DNA of 64,000 bases, from assembly GCA_051013385.1 (NCBI GenBank), contig CP143273.1, positions 1,920,001 to 1,984,000 on the forward strand. Direction: 5' to 3'. Position 1 is the stretch's first letter; every line of letters starts with the position of its first letter. The position numbers and the translations under genes are program-made. The notes beneath the pieces were generated by a model. That model was not told where the DNA came from, did not search any database, and worked only from the letters and a program-made list of their open reading frames with translations. This DNA comes from Phormidium sp. (lineage in GTDB: Bacteria; Cyanobacteriota; Cyanobacteriia; Cyanobacteriales; Aerosakkonemataceae). Shown here one piece after another: positions 49,992 through 60,261 of this stretch.

Positions 49992-51833
49992 TTAATTAGG
50001 GCTACGTTTCAGGCGGCGAATAATTCGCGTTGCTATTTCGGTTCCTACTACTGATTTGTTAATGTAATCATCTGCGCCAGCAGCAAAGGCTTTTTCAATT
50101 TGTTCGGTTCCAGTGTGTGAGGAAACAAATAAAATTGGCAGATGATGCCATTGGGGGTCGTTGCGAACTACTTGACACAATTCTACACCGTTGAAGTCAG
50201 GCATTTCTAGATCGAGAATCAGTAAATCAGGAGAGCAAGCGGTGAAAATCTGCCAGAAATTATGCGGATTTTCTAATGTTGTGACTTCTACACCCCAAGA
50301 TTTTAAGAGGGTGGAGAGATGGGCCAAGGCTACTCGATCGTCATCAACTATCATAATCCGATTTCTGGAGGCTTTTTGGTGTTGAGCAAGTACTTCGCTC
50401 ACTACTTTCAGAATTTGATGAGCAGGTAATGGTTTGTGTAAAAAAGCACTAGTTCCTAACCGAGCAACGGCTACCCGATCGCTCAAACTTTCTCTTCCCG
50501 TTAAGGCGATCGCCGGAATGGGAGGAACACGCCCAGTTATTTCTTCTAGTAAGGTGATGCCATCTTCTTTACCACTAGGAAAGTTCAAATCTAGAAGAAT
50601 AATATCCGGTGGTTTTTGGGAAATTATTTTTCGGGCAACCGTCAATTCGGTAGCAATTTCTACTCGTAATCCCCTGGCGATCGCTTCAATTCGCACTCGT
50701 TCTGCTAACACTAAATCATCATCCACAATTAAAATTAAAGGTGAGTAAGAGTTCGCTGTCGATTGAGCAGGCAATGTAGAATTCGGTTGCACTTCTCTAT
50801 ATATCGCTGCGGCTAATTCCGAAATTTGCTTGATTTGTTCCGCCTCTAGTTGTAAATAATCTAGTTGCAATAACTCTTCCAATTCCTTAGCTAACCTTGA
50901 GCCTTCCATAAAACCAAAAATTCCCAAAGATCCTGCTAATTTATGCGCTTCTTGTTTGGCTTCTTGTTGTAATTCTGCGGTCAAATTTCCGGCTGTTAAA
51001 GCCGCTGCTGCTTCTCCAAGGATGGCGATTTGCGCTAACATTTTTCCCTGAAACTTTTCCCATACTTTAGAAGTTGCTGCTTCTACTCGCTGACGATAAT
51101 CAGCATCAGTTTTTGGTTCAGGAATTTGAAAGTTAGCAGAAGTCTCTGTTTCTGGTTGATAAGCAGGAACCCGCAGTCGATAACCTAAACCGTGAACTGT
51201 TTCGATCATATCAGTTGCTCCGGCTGCTTTAAGTTTTTGGCGCAAACATTTAATATGAGTACTCACAGTTTCTTCTCCGGGTGCTTCTGCAAAATCCCAC
51301 AAGCGATCTAAAATAGCACGACGGCTAAAAATCTGCTTCGGATTTAATAAAAATAATTCCAACAAGCAATATTCTTTCGGTGTCAGGTGTAAGAGTTTTT
51401 CTCCACACTTTACTTCGTTATTCGGTGAATCAAAGCAGATATTTTCCCAAGTAATTACCGAAGAGGAAACAGGTTTTCCTCGCCGTAGTAAAGCGCGAAT
51501 TCTTGCCATTAATTCTTCTATATCAAAAGGTTTTACAACATAATCATCGGCTCCAGCATTTAAGCCCATAACGCGATCGTTACTGCTATCTTTAGCTGTT
51601 AAAAGCAAGATTGGGTTATGATAACCTTTAGCCCGGAGTTGCTTACAAACGCTGATTCCATCGAGTTTAGGAATGACAATATCCAGCAAAATTAAGTCAT
51701 ATTCGTATTCTAAAGCTAACTGCTGCGCTACTAATCCATCCGTAGCTACATTAACTGTATAATGATGATTGGTAAGGGTTTCAGCTAGGGCTGAACTAGT
51801 CAAAGAGTCGTCTTCCACTAATAAAATTTTCAT
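49992..51833 (-). CDS. RcaC-like multidomain response regulator (REC-wHTH-Hpt-REC-REC)
   Basis: OmpR-type REC and winged HTH (IETVHGLGYRL), Hpt AHKLAGSLG, two further REC domains. Confidence 0.88.
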   Translation of the reverse strand: MKILLVEDDSLTSSALAETLTNHHYTVNVATDGLVAQQLALEYEYDLILLDIVIPKLDGISVCKQLRAKGYHNPILLLTAKDSSNDRVMGLNAGADDYVVKPFDIEELMARIRALLRRGKPVSSSVITWENICFDSPNNEVKCGEKLLHLTPKEYCLLELFLLNPKQIFSRRAILDRLWDFAEAPGEETVSTHIKCLRQKLKAAGATDMIETVHGLGYRLRVPAYQPETETSANFQIPEPKTDADYRQRVEAATSKVWEKFQGKMLAQIAILGEAAAALTAGNLTAELQQEAKQEAHKLAGSLGIFGFMEGSRLAKELEELLQLDYLQLEAEQIKQISELAAAIYREVQPNSTLPAQSTANSYSPLILIVDDDLVLAERVRIEAIARGLRVEIATELTVARKIISQKPPDIILLDLNFPSGKEDGITLLEEITGRVPPIPAIALTGRESLSDRVAVARLGTSAFLHKPLPAHQILKVVSEVLAQHQKASRNRIMIVDDDRVALAHLSTLLKSWGVEVTTLENPHNFWQIFTACSPDLLILDLEMPDFNGVELCQVVRNDPQWHHLPILFVSSHTGTEQIEKAFAAGADDYINKSVVGTEIATRIIRRLKRSPN

Positions 51834-51858
51834 TAACTTTTCTTCCTCGATGGAGGGT

Positions 51859-51889
51859 GCGATATGCCTACGGCAGGCTATGCCAACGC
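51859..51889. repeat. Small dispersed repeat inserted in a HIP1 site
   Basis: GCGAT-ATGCCTACGGCAGGCTATGCCAA-CGC splits GCGATCGC; a related ATGCCTACGGCA occurs at 48838. Confidence 0.55.
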
Positions 51890-52244
51890 TAACTCAAAAT
51901 CTACTACTGATTTCTAATGGTTGGTTCCTGCACACTTGCACTAGTTATTTATTAAGCTGTGGGTTATCAGCCAATAGCTTAATAGATAGCTCATCCCTTC
52001 TGGACGACCTGTTTAAGTTGGCTGCTGAGTAATGGGTACTTTTATTGTCGCTGCTTTTTTAGTAGTTACTGTTACAGAAAAGAATTAATTTAGATTTGCT
52101 GTAACCCTTTAGATTTATATGATTTTGGGAGTTACAGAAAATTACAATTCAAAAGAAATTCTAAAATTTTGCGAAACCCAGAGATATTGATGAGCTAATT
52201 ACAATTAATTCGGAAATAGCAAAAAAGTTATTAATATTCATTCT

Positions 52245-52512
52245 TCAGGGAGCATTTGCCAAAGCAGGATTTAGAGATTTTCCCCCTAATTGTTTTAATG
52301 CTTTCTGATGCGCTGCTAATATTAGTAATACTTTGTCTGGTTCGATAGTTGATTCCAACCAGAAATTGCGATCGCACAGTTTAGCAGTTTCAGTTTGCGA
52401 TCGAGCTTCCGTCCGATCGCCTTTCTAATACTTACCTAAGCATCGCACCTCCCATCGCACAGCCAACACTTCCCGCGCCGCCACTTCCATCAGTTTCTCG
52501 CTATGCGATCGC
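52245..52512 (-). pseudogene. Gene debris: HsdS-like C-terminus and MNT-antitoxin-like N-terminus
   Basis: HSEKLMEVAAREVLAV (about 52455-52505) and PDKVLLILAAHQKALKQLGGKSL (about 52275-52342), each next to a HIP1 site. Confidence 0.4.
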
Positions 52513-52528
52513 GCATTTAAATTTGCTT

Positions 52529-52960
52529 TTATTTAAAAGGATTCACAATTTCCAGCCTATTTTCAACAACTAACCCATCCTGCATATCTTCAAAATAAAG
52601 GATACTTGCTCCTGCTTCCAAGGCACTAGAAACAATTAACCCATCCCAAAAAGAGAAATTATACCGACTCCGCAAATTAGAAGCTAGTATCAAAGTTTCA
52701 TAATTGATATTGACTACAACACAACCATTATAAAATTCTTGAATTGCTTGTTTAATCTGATTTTCATTAAAACTGGCTTTTCGGTTGAGAATAGAGCAAA
52801 CTTCATTGATTACTTGGATGCTAATCACCACGTTTTCATTTGCAGTTAATTCAATAGCAACCTGTCGTTTTCTCATTTCTTCTTCTGGTTTATTTTTGGG
52901 ATCGGTCATTAAAATATACAACCAGATATTAGAGTCAAGGAAACAAAGCTGATTAGGCAT
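52529..52960 (-). CDS. PIN-domain (VapC-like) toxin
   Basis: FLDSNIWLY, QVINE, SFWD and LYFED motifs. Confidence 0.9.
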   Translation of the reverse strand: MPNQLCFLDSNIWLYILMTDPKNKPEEEMRKRQVAIELTANENVVISIQVINEVCSILNRKASFNENQIKQAIQEFYNGCVVVNINYETLILASNLRSRYNFSFWDGLIVSSALEAGASILYFEDMQDGLVVENRLEIVNPFK

Positions 52961-52962
52961 AA

Positions 52963-53184
52963 TTAGCGATCGTATATTTCATCCCTTTTCATTGAACGTA
53001 GTCCTTCTACCTTAACCGGATTTCGCATCATTTCTGCAAACATACCCGTTTTAGAAATCTTTTTAGCAGATTTCAAAATAATTACTTTTACTTCAGTTCC
53101 ATCACCAAAATCTTTTTTGTACTCCTCTGGAATTTGGATTAACCCATCTTTTGTTCTAGTTTCAAACTCAAATCCTGTAAGCAT
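52963..53184 (-). CDS. Putative antitoxin
   Basis: 73 aa gene directly upstream of the PIN gene; GLIQIPEEY...VKVII and RDEIYDR motifs. Confidence 0.75.
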   Translation of the reverse strand: MLTGFEFETRTKDGLIQIPEEYKKDFGDGTEVKVIILKSAKKISKTGMFAEMMRNPVKVEGLRSMKRDEIYDR

Positions 53185-53223
53185 TTTAACTACCTCATTG
53201 AATTCATCAAGCTTATTGTAACT

Positions 53224-53436
53224 CTAACTCCCTATTTTTGAATCATCCCCCAACGCTTCCATCAATTCAAACTTCAATTTACTCCGCACCTCATTCAAAT
53301 CTGCCATCAACTTTTGATAATCTGCCAACATTTCATCTAAATTAGCCTGTTCTACATCGGAGTTACCTGAACCGAGTTTGTGATATTCCTGTAGAATTTT
53401 CTGAATTAAACTTCGGTAGTGGTTGAGTTTATCCAT
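53224..53436 (-). pseudogene. Chimera of a XisI-like N-terminus and an HsdM-like C-terminus
   Basis: MDKLNHYRSLIQKILQEY...DVE joined to LDEMLADYQKLMADLNEVRSKLKFELMEAL. Confidence 0.5.
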
Positions 53437-53451
53437 TGTTGGATGACCAAA

Positions 53452-56268
53452 CTATTCATCTACTATCCTAATTCTTGACTCCAATTTGATTTCATTTAAT
53501 TCAACAGAACGAATACGATTAAGTAATTGGTATATATCAATTGTTACTTGTCGCAGTTGTTCTTTACTTATGGGATTTCCATCAGCATTTTTTAGAGGAT
53601 TTTCTTCTGACAGTTGTGTACCTGAATTTTCGTAATGTAAATTCGCTAAATCGATGAATTCTTGCGCTAACCCCCATACAGTTTCTAGTTGTTTGCGGAA
53701 TTTCTCAATTCTTGCCACTGTATCAGCATCAAGAGAATGATATTTTCTTGGGTTAAGTGCTTTCTTTACTTCTGGCGCAATAAGCATTATTTGAGATAAT
53801 GTTTCTTTGTAAGCAGGAGGTTCAGGAGGTGTTTCAATATAAGGAATTTCTACTTGTTCAGCTACTACAGCAGTTTCCCCCCATTCTTCATCGTATCTAG
53901 AAAGATGCTTAATCGGCTTAATTACAGTTTGGGCTGAATCTATATCTTTGCATTCAATTTTAGAGATAGTTGATAACCAGTATTGAACTGACGTAGAATA
54001 CCCTCTAATATTTAAAAAATGTGTTTCTTCATATACTATTATACCCAAAAAGCTTGTACCACATTTAAGTAACTGTTGCCATACAGTTTTTATTAATTGG
54101 ACATCAACAGTTACTTTTACTCTCTTATCATAACTATTCACATAGCTATATACATCAGCAGGAATTTTTAGATTACTGCTATTTATAAAAGTACTAATTA
54201 TTTTTGAATCAATAATTTCAAGTATCAATTCTCCCTTTTGAACTTTACTAATTTGAGCTAATACTTTCTTAATCGCTGATTCATTAAGTTGAATGCAGTG
54301 AAATTCGACACCGCCATAGAGTTCTTCTCTTTCCCACAGCCATAATCTCCAAGCAAGTTTTTCTCCAAGCTTTCCTCGAATATCAATATTATCACCTTGA
54401 ATTAAAACATCACCAGAGAAAGGAATACGATTCTTATGTTCTGTTACAAGAGCGTCCGCTACAAAAGTTTCATTAGTTTTTAAAAAAACTATATTAGATT
54501 TAGACATAGGTAAGGCTGCAATAGCAGCAATAGGAATCATCCAATGAGTATTTATTAAACCTTTATTTCCAATCGAAAATGATTTTTTTTCCTTATAACT
54601 CCATAGGTGAAAGGTAACTCTGATTCTTTGCTCTGAATCATATAAACAGGCTCCACTCGCCCGAACATCTGAGCTTGGAGAACCAACAAGTAAGAAATAT
54701 TTATTTTCTGTTAGTCTCACAGGAAAATTACCTGTTTTGATTGCTAATTGAGCGCAAGCTGTCAAGGTTTCCCAAAAAGGAGATCTACTTATTTTTGTAT
54801 TATCAGATAAATATTCTTCGTCTTGCCAATAAATTGCATTATCTGGGTTAAAGTAAAATAGCCCAAATTCGTTACCATAGTCAACAGTAGGAATGTTTAT
54901 TTTAGTACTGCCACTAGAAAAGACAATACTGTTACTATCGCTATCAAAAGTAATGTTGATATCTCCTGATTTGGGTAATCTTGATAGTTCCCTCAAATCA
55001 CAGAGATTTACTGTTGCTTCCCATGATTCTTCACTTTTATCGAGAGTAAATTTTGTGCAAATTTGTAATTCTCCAGAATGGTACAGTACAGATAGTTCCC
55101 CGTAAGAAAAACTGAAACAAACAGGTTCAAATTTACTATCTTCTGTATATTTTTCTGCTTCGGTAGAGAGAGTTTCGTATAGGCTAATAGCTTGTGACTC
55201 CAAATTGCTAACTTCTTTAGCAAATCCAAGAGAAATCGCCTGTTTTCTATTCAATACTTCTGCCACATAATCTCTTTCTAGTTCCTTTCCTTTTTCTTGG
55301 TACAAATCTTCATAATTTACAGCAATGATCTGACTTGACTTTGGTAACATTTCCTCAGCAAACTGGATACTGAGCGCAGTAGTAAATTCTGGGATTCTTT
55401 CAACTAAGTCTTCTAACTTCATCCGACTTTCTACGACTTCTCTAAGAAGAACAGAGTGTTCTATCAAAGCTTCGTGTAACTCTTCATCTACATCTTTTCC
55501 ACGAATAAAGTCTTGGTCAATTGTGCTTGCGTCCCAACCTAGAAATAAATCTTCTTTCCTGGGATTTAATAAACGTCTTCTGGCAGAGGAAAAATCGTCA
55601 TTAAGGTCGAAGAAGACGACAGGAACTTGATATTTATGTTGCCGTAATGAATCAACTACATAACCAACACTGCCTACCTTTATTTGTAACCCTACTGGGC
55701 AATTAGGATTACTACTGGCATTTTTAAGTAAGGATAACTCTTTTTCTACGTTATCTTTATGAACCCAGAGTATGTCTCGCTCTGGTTCAAATGGATTATA
55801 TAACTTATTATGTATTATATGCTTTTGTGTTGAATTAAGCCCAGTTCCAATTGCAATATAACTATCTGGAGTGCCTGTAATTCTTTTACCTCGTCGGGCA
55901 TACATAGCCCATTTGCGATTTGCATTAACATTTTTCCTACAACTAGATACAATTAAGGCTTCAGCTATGAAACCTAACAAACGTGAAACCTTATTTTTTG
56001 TGGTTTGTACATGAGAAGTGAAAAATTCCTTTAGCGCCAAGCGACCTTGATTATTCAGAGTTAATGCACCTGCTTCTTCTAGTAATTCCAGAAGTTCTGA
56101 TCCTCTTCTATATTTGACTATATTTGGATCGGGATTCTTTATATAATCTTCTAAAGTTTGCCAATATGGGAAATTCTTTGAGAGATTCTGATCCTTTAAA
56201 AAGTTTGGATCAGTAACAACTACGATTACTGGTAGACTACTAGAAGTATTATTGTTGGTGGTCGTCAT
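53452..56268 (-). CDS. Large hypothetical protein: putative PD-(D/E)xK nuclease fused to a beta-clamp-like region
   Basis: Long uninterrupted ORF; GFIAE...RDILW...LQIK in the N-terminus; DnaN-like segments in the middle and C-terminal part. Confidence 0.6.
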   Translation of the reverse strand: MTTTNNNTSSSLPVIVVVTDPNFLKDQNLSKNFPYWQTLEDYIKNPDPNIVKYRRGSELLELLEEAGALTLNNQGRLALKEFFTSHVQTTKNKVSRLLGFIAEALIVSSCRKNVNANRKWAMYARRGKRITGTPDSYIAIGTGLNSTQKHIIHNKLYNPFEPERDILWVHKDNVEKELSLLKNASSNPNCPVGLQIKVGSVGYVVDSLRQHKYQVPVVFFDLNDDFSSARRRLLNPRKEDLFLGWDASTIDQDFIRGKDVDEELHEALIEHSVLLREVVESRMKLEDLVERIPEFTTALSIQFAEEMLPKSSQIIAVNYEDLYQEKGKELERDYVAEVLNRKQAISLGFAKEVSNLESQAISLYETLSTEAEKYTEDSKFEPVCFSFSYGELSVLYHSGELQICTKFTLDKSEESWEATVNLCDLRELSRLPKSGDINITFDSDSNSIVFSSGSTKINIPTVDYGNEFGLFYFNPDNAIYWQDEEYLSDNTKISRSPFWETLTACAQLAIKTGNFPVRLTENKYFLLVGSPSSDVRASGACLYDSEQRIRVTFHLWSYKEKKSFSIGNKGLINTHWMIPIAAIAALPMSKSNIVFLKTNETFVADALVTEHKNRIPFSGDVLIQGDNIDIRGKLGEKLAWRLWLWEREELYGGVEFHCIQLNESAIKKVLAQISKVQKGELILEIIDSKIISTFINSSNLKIPADVYSYVNSYDKRVKVTVDVQLIKTVWQQLLKCGTSFLGIIVYEETHFLNIRGYSTSVQYWLSTISKIECKDIDSAQTVIKPIKHLSRYDEEWGETAVVAEQVEIPYIETPPEPPAYKETLSQIMLIAPEVKKALNPRKYHSLDADTVARIEKFRKQLETVWGLAQEFIDLANLHYENSGTQLSEENPLKNADGNPISKEQLRQVTIDIYQLLNRIRSVELNEIKLESRIRIVDE

Positions 56269-56358
56269 CTTAATTCTCTTACCTAGCAACGATCGATCGC
56301 AGTTAAGCATCGCTTAATGTTAGAGTACCCAAAGCAAGCAGCCAAATCACCAAATTAC

Positions 56359-56823
56359 TTAAATGAGTTCGTTCGGAGGAAGAGGGTTGATCCGTCGCCG
56401 TGCAGCTTCTGAAGGGTAACGATGATCTAAAATCAACACCTGTCGTTCTAAAAGTTGGCTATTACTGTTAAAGCCAAAAATCCTTTCTGTCACCTGACCA
56501 ATTTTAGTTAAAGGTCGAATTGATGTACCATCTAACTGAAAGTGTTCTCCCCAAAGATCTGTACGAGGATTAAAAAAGCGTACCAGTTCTCTTGTTTCCC
56601 AATCAATCGACCCTAGATCGCTTCCCTTTTGACGATTGCAAACAACACAGGCATAAGCTAAATTGTCTGCGGTTGTAGAACCACCATGTTTTACACTAAT
56701 AATGTGATCGACTTGGCAACCTAAGAAAGTATCTTCTTCAGCAATTAGGCAATATTCACAGAGGTAATCTGCACGTTTAGCAACTAGTTGTCGCAAGTTT
56801 TGCGGAATAGATGGACGAGTCAT
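56359..56823 (-). CDS. HNH endonuclease (putative toxin)
   Basis: CEYC...DHII-x-KHGG...NL...C-xx-CN-xx-KGSD. Confidence 0.9.
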   Translation of the reverse strand: MTRPSIPQNLRQLVAKRADYLCEYCLIAEEDTFLGCQVDHIISVKHGGSTTADNLAYACVVCNRQKGSDLGSIDWETRELVRFFNPRTDLWGEHFQLDGTSIRPLTKIGQVTERIFGFNSNSQLLERQVLILDHRYPSEAARRRINPLPPNELI

Positions 56824-56827
56824 TAAT

Positions 56828-57082
56828 TTATTGCTTGGTAAGATACTGTCTGGCGCGTGCTTTGGCAAGGCGCATGATGTGTTCTAATTGCAGATAGAGG
56901 TCAAGTTCCGCTTTTTCTTCTGAGGAAATACCTTCATTTTTTTCTCGGTAAATGAGGTTTTCCACTCGTGCTTTAACTGCTTCTGAGGGTTGAAAGGTAA
57001 TGACGCGATCGGGACTTGTCCCCGCCGCAATAAAATCAACTATTTCCTCGTAAGCTTTGGTTGCAGGTGCAGGTATTGTCAT
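56828..57082 (-). CDS. Putative antitoxin paired with the HNH gene
   Basis: 84 aa gene directly upstream; EKAELD-x-Y...EHIMRLAKARA. Confidence 0.7.
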   Translation of the reverse strand: MTIPAPATKAYEEIVDFIAAGTSPDRVITFQPSEAVKARVENLIYREKNEGISSEEKAELDLYLQLEHIMRLAKARARQYLTKQ

Positions 57083-57200
57083 TACTGAGTTTCCCTATTT
57101 GCACACAGTTTAATTAGCTATAACAAACAATAATATTGTCACCAATGACAAACAAATTGCCACTGTACAAATCTTTATCCAAATCGCACTAAAAATTCAA

Positions 57201-57287
57201 CGGAGAGGGTGGGATTTGAACCCACGGTGACATTGCTGCCACACTTGATTTCAAGTCAAGCGCATTCGACCACTCTGCCACCTCTCC
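57201..57287 (-). tRNA. tRNA-Ser(UGA)
   Basis: GGAGAGG acceptor stem, CTTGA-CT-TGA-AA-TCAAG anticodon arm, long variable arm, GGTTCAAATCC T-arm; CCA not encoded. Confidence 0.95.
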
Positions 57288-57317
57288 AGGCACATTTGTT
57301 TATATTATCAGAAATAA

Positions 57318-58259
57318 TTACAAATGACTACAGGCAGTTTGCGCCTGATTTGGGGAAAGTTGATAGAGTATTTCCTCGGAAATCACACTATAGTCTTTGT
57401 CAACCCAAACTAAGGATGCTTGAGTCACAATGCCTGCTTGCAATGTCACCAAGGAGAAATTTCGCTGAGTGCGATCGCCTTTGTGGATAATTCTGGGCAC
57501 GCTCGCAGAGTTTAAATACAATGTACCATCGTCACTGGTGGAAATTGGGGTGCGTAAGCGGTCTTTGCGGTGACGGAGGTGATGGTGCATGTGTCCAAAT
57601 GTCACCAGGGGAACTGATTTTCCCAGGTTTTTTGATTGCGCGATCGCATCTGCCAAATCCGAATCTCCAAAATCTCCCCCCAAAGGTTGCCAGTCTCTCC
57701 CACAAGGGTCTTCCGGTCGATCGCCTAACCCTAAAGGGCCATTGTGACCGAGAAAAATAATCGTATTGTATGCAGCGTCGTTCACTGCTGCCATGATTCG
57801 CTCAGTAGACTGAGTAAAATCATTCACACCATAACGTTCTGTGTAAAAATCGGCATTTCTCCAAATTTCGCCGCCCCAACTAAACGGACGACCACCCACC
57901 ACAGTTAAGTTAAACTCTGGAAAATCCAGTTTACTGTACCCAACGTGAGTTTCTCCCAGTAAATCTAGCTGATCCTGTACCCAATCTTCTTGTGCGCGAT
58001 CGTAGGGACAACGCTGGCGACCCCATTCCGTAGCAGTGTACCACGCATCGTGATTGCCCATAATTGCCGCTTTTGGGATGTCGAGAGATGCGATCGCCTC
58101 CACCACTCCTACCGACTCGTTGCCAAAATCTCCGACAAATAGCACCAAGTCCACACCCAAACAGCGTAAAGCTTCTCCATCTGCCGCTTCCCATTGGTCG
58201 TGAACATCTCCGACCACTGCAATTTTAATTACTTGATTTTGATTTCCCAAGATACTCAT
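57318..58259 (-). CDS. Metallophosphoesterase (TIGR04168 / DevT-like)
   Basis: GDVH, GDFG, GNHD and GHMH motifs. Confidence 0.85.
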   Translation of the reverse strand: MSILGNQNQVIKIAVVGDVHDQWEAADGEALRCLGVDLVLFVGDFGNESVGVVEAIASLDIPKAAIMGNHDAWYTATEWGRQRCPYDRAQEDWVQDQLDLLGETHVGYSKLDFPEFNLTVVGGRPFSWGGEIWRNADFYTERYGVNDFTQSTERIMAAVNDAAYNTIIFLGHNGPLGLGDRPEDPCGRDWQPLGGDFGDSDLADAIAQSKNLGKSVPLVTFGHMHHHLRHRKDRLRTPISTSDDGTLYLNSASVPRIIHKGDRTQRNFSLVTLQAGIVTQASLVWVDKDYSVISEEILYQLSPNQAQTACSHL

Positions 58260-58486
58260 GCCTTACTTTATTTTTTTATCTTTTCTTAGGATAGGCAAGC
58301 AAGGACTCTTTTTGCAGCTTACTTCAGAGCGATCGCCAAATCAATCAATAAATTTCACTGGTCATGGCGCTATGGCAGAAGTTTACGTAATTCTTACTGA
58401 TACTCTCTACCCCCAGTTTTAGTAAAATCAACTATAATTAATGAACAGTAACAGTCATGTCTTCTTACTTTAATTAGAAATTTGCT

Positions 58487-59458
58487 GTGTTTATTACTAC
58501 ATTACTACCCACAAAAACCACTGAAAATTCAGCGATTCCTTATGATTTAGTGGGAGCGATAAAAGCTCTCAAGAAGGAACTGAATGCAGTTATACTGGCT
58601 CACTATTATCAAGATCCAGAGATTCAAGATGTAGCAGATTATATCGGTGATTCCTTGGAACTGTCCCGACGAGCCGCCAGTACAAATGCGGAGGCAATAG
58701 TTTTTGCTGGGGTTCACTTTATGGCAGAAACCGCCAAAATTCTCAACCCTGATAAATTAGTACTTTTACCAGATCTCAACGCAGGGTGTTCTTTGGCAGA
58801 TAGTTGTCCCCCCGATCGATTTGCTGCTTTTAAAGCTGCACATCCCGGACATTTGGTAATTTCTTATATCAATTGTTCGGCAGAAATTAAGGCAATGAGT
58901 GATATTATTTGCACTAGTTCTAATGCGGTGAAAATAGTTAACCAAATTCCCGAAGATCAGCCGATAATTTTTGGGCCCGATCGCAACCTTGGACGCTACG
59001 TAATGCAGCAAACTGGACGAGAAATGGTGTTGTGGCAAGGTGCTTGTATCGTCCATGAAAACTTCTCCGAAAAGAAGATAGTTCAGTTAAAAATTGCTCA
59101 TCCAGAAGCCAAAGTTTTAGCACATCCCGAATGTGAACCACCAGTTTTACGCCACGCTGATTTTATCGGTTCTACCAGTGCTTTATTGAAATATTCTCAG
59201 GAAAGTTCCTTTCCAGAATTTATCGTAGCGACAGAACCGGGAATTATTCACCAAATGCAAAAACAGGAACCGCAAAAACATTTTATTCCCGCGCCACCGA
59301 TAACCAATTGCGCTTGCAACGAATGTCCTTTCATGCGATTAAATACCTTAGAAAAGTTGTATCTAGCAATGAAAAATCGCACCCCAGAACTCACTTTACC
59401 AGAACATCTCAGAATTGCCGCATTACGTCCCATGCAAAGAATGTTAGAGATGAGTTAA
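58487..59458 (+). CDS. nadA: Quinolinate synthase
   Basis: [32 protein letters not shown] and CPFM motifs. Confidence 0.95.
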   Translation: MFITTLLPTKTTENSAIPYDLVGAIKALKKELNAVILAHYYQDPEIQDVADYIGDSLELSRRAASTNAEAIVFAGVHFMAETAKILNPDKLVLLPDLNAGCSLADSCPPDRFAAFKAAHPGHLVISYINCSAEIKAMSDIICTSSNAVKIVNQIPEDQPIIFGPDRNLGRYVMQQTGREMVLWQGACIVHENFSEKKIVQLKIAHPEAKVLAHPECEPPVLRHADFIGSTSALLKYSQESSFPEFIVATEPGIIHQMQKQEPQKHFIPAPPITNCACNECPFMRLNTLEKLYLAMKNRTPELTLPEHLRIAALRPMQRMLEMS

Positions 59459-59627
59459 TTGTCATTGGTTATTAGTCATTGGTCATTTGTATCCCAGAAA
59501 AAATCTTAACGAACATCTGTGTTTATTTGTGGATATCTGTGGTAAAAAAGAAACTCTCGCCACCCAGCAAAAATCATGCTGAACATCTACGGTTGCAAAA
59601 TTCATGCTAACTAATGACAAATGACCA

Positions 59628-60242
59628 ATGACTAACAACAATCCAAAAAACTGTTTAATAATTTTTACTCGCTATCCTGAAGCTGGGAAAACCAAAACAC
59701 GATTAATTCCGGTTCTTGGTGCTGAAGGTGCAGCAAATTTGCATCGACAATTAACGGAAACAGTGGTAACTGGAGTAAAACAAGTTTCAAATACTTTAAT
59801 TGAAGTGCATTTTACTGGAGGGAACCAACAGTTAATGGCAGCATGGTTAGGAGAAGATATTACCTATAAACAACAAACAGAAGGGGATTTAGGTAAGCGA
59901 ATAGCGACAGCTTTTCAAACAGCTTTCACCAATGGGATTGAGAAAGTTATAATTATTGGTTCGGACTGTCCGGCATTAAATTCCCAAATCATAGGGGAAG
60001 GATTTGCAGCACTTTCTCAACATGAATTAGTACTTGGCCCTGCAACTGATGGAGGTTATTATTTAATTGGGTTAAAGCGGTTAATTCCCGAATTATTTAC
60101 AGGGATTAATTGGGGAACTTCTGAGGTATTGCAGCAAACAGTTAAAATTGCCCAAAATCTGAAGTTAGTAGTTGCTTATCTTACTATTCTTTCTGATATA
60201 GATAGAGCAGAAGACCTAGCAATTTTAGATTTTAGATTTTAG
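59628..60242 (+). CDS. TIGR04282 / DUF2064 family glycosyltransferase-like protein
   Basis: GKTKTRL, IGSDCP and LGPATDGGYYLIG motifs. Confidence 0.85.
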   Translation: MTNNNPKNCLIIFTRYPEAGKTKTRLIPVLGAEGAANLHRQLTETVVTGVKQVSNTLIEVHFTGGNQQLMAAWLGEDITYKQQTEGDLGKRIATAFQTAFTNGIEKVIIIGSDCPALNSQIIGEGFAALSQHELVLGPATDGGYYLIGLKRLIPELFTGINWGTSEVLQQTVKIAQNLKLVVAYLTILSDIDRAEDLAILDFRF

Positions 60243-60261
60243 ATTTTCATCTGCTTTATCT

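Noticed and set aside
53452..56268. Replicative dnaN
   Set aside because: Far too long and divergent, and not in a dnaA/recF context; only a remote fold resemblance is claimed.
52200..57287. Intact integrative element or prophage at tRNA-Ser
   Set aside because: No integrase, no phage genes, and I found no duplicated tRNA 3' end.
57209..57490. 93 aa ORF on the + strand
   Set aside because: It is antisense to tRNA-Ser and the metallophosphoesterase gene, so it is a shadow ORF.
1351..59433. Many 60-146 aa ORFs nested in or antisense to longer genes (e.g. 3065-3472, 7863-8303, 21777-22136, 28159-28506)
   Set aside because: They have no motifs and are explained as shadow frames of well-supported genes.
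59459..59640. TTGGTCA / TGACCAA heptamer runs as a regulatory signal
   Set aside because: These are ordinary short tandem repeats of filamentous cyanobacteria.
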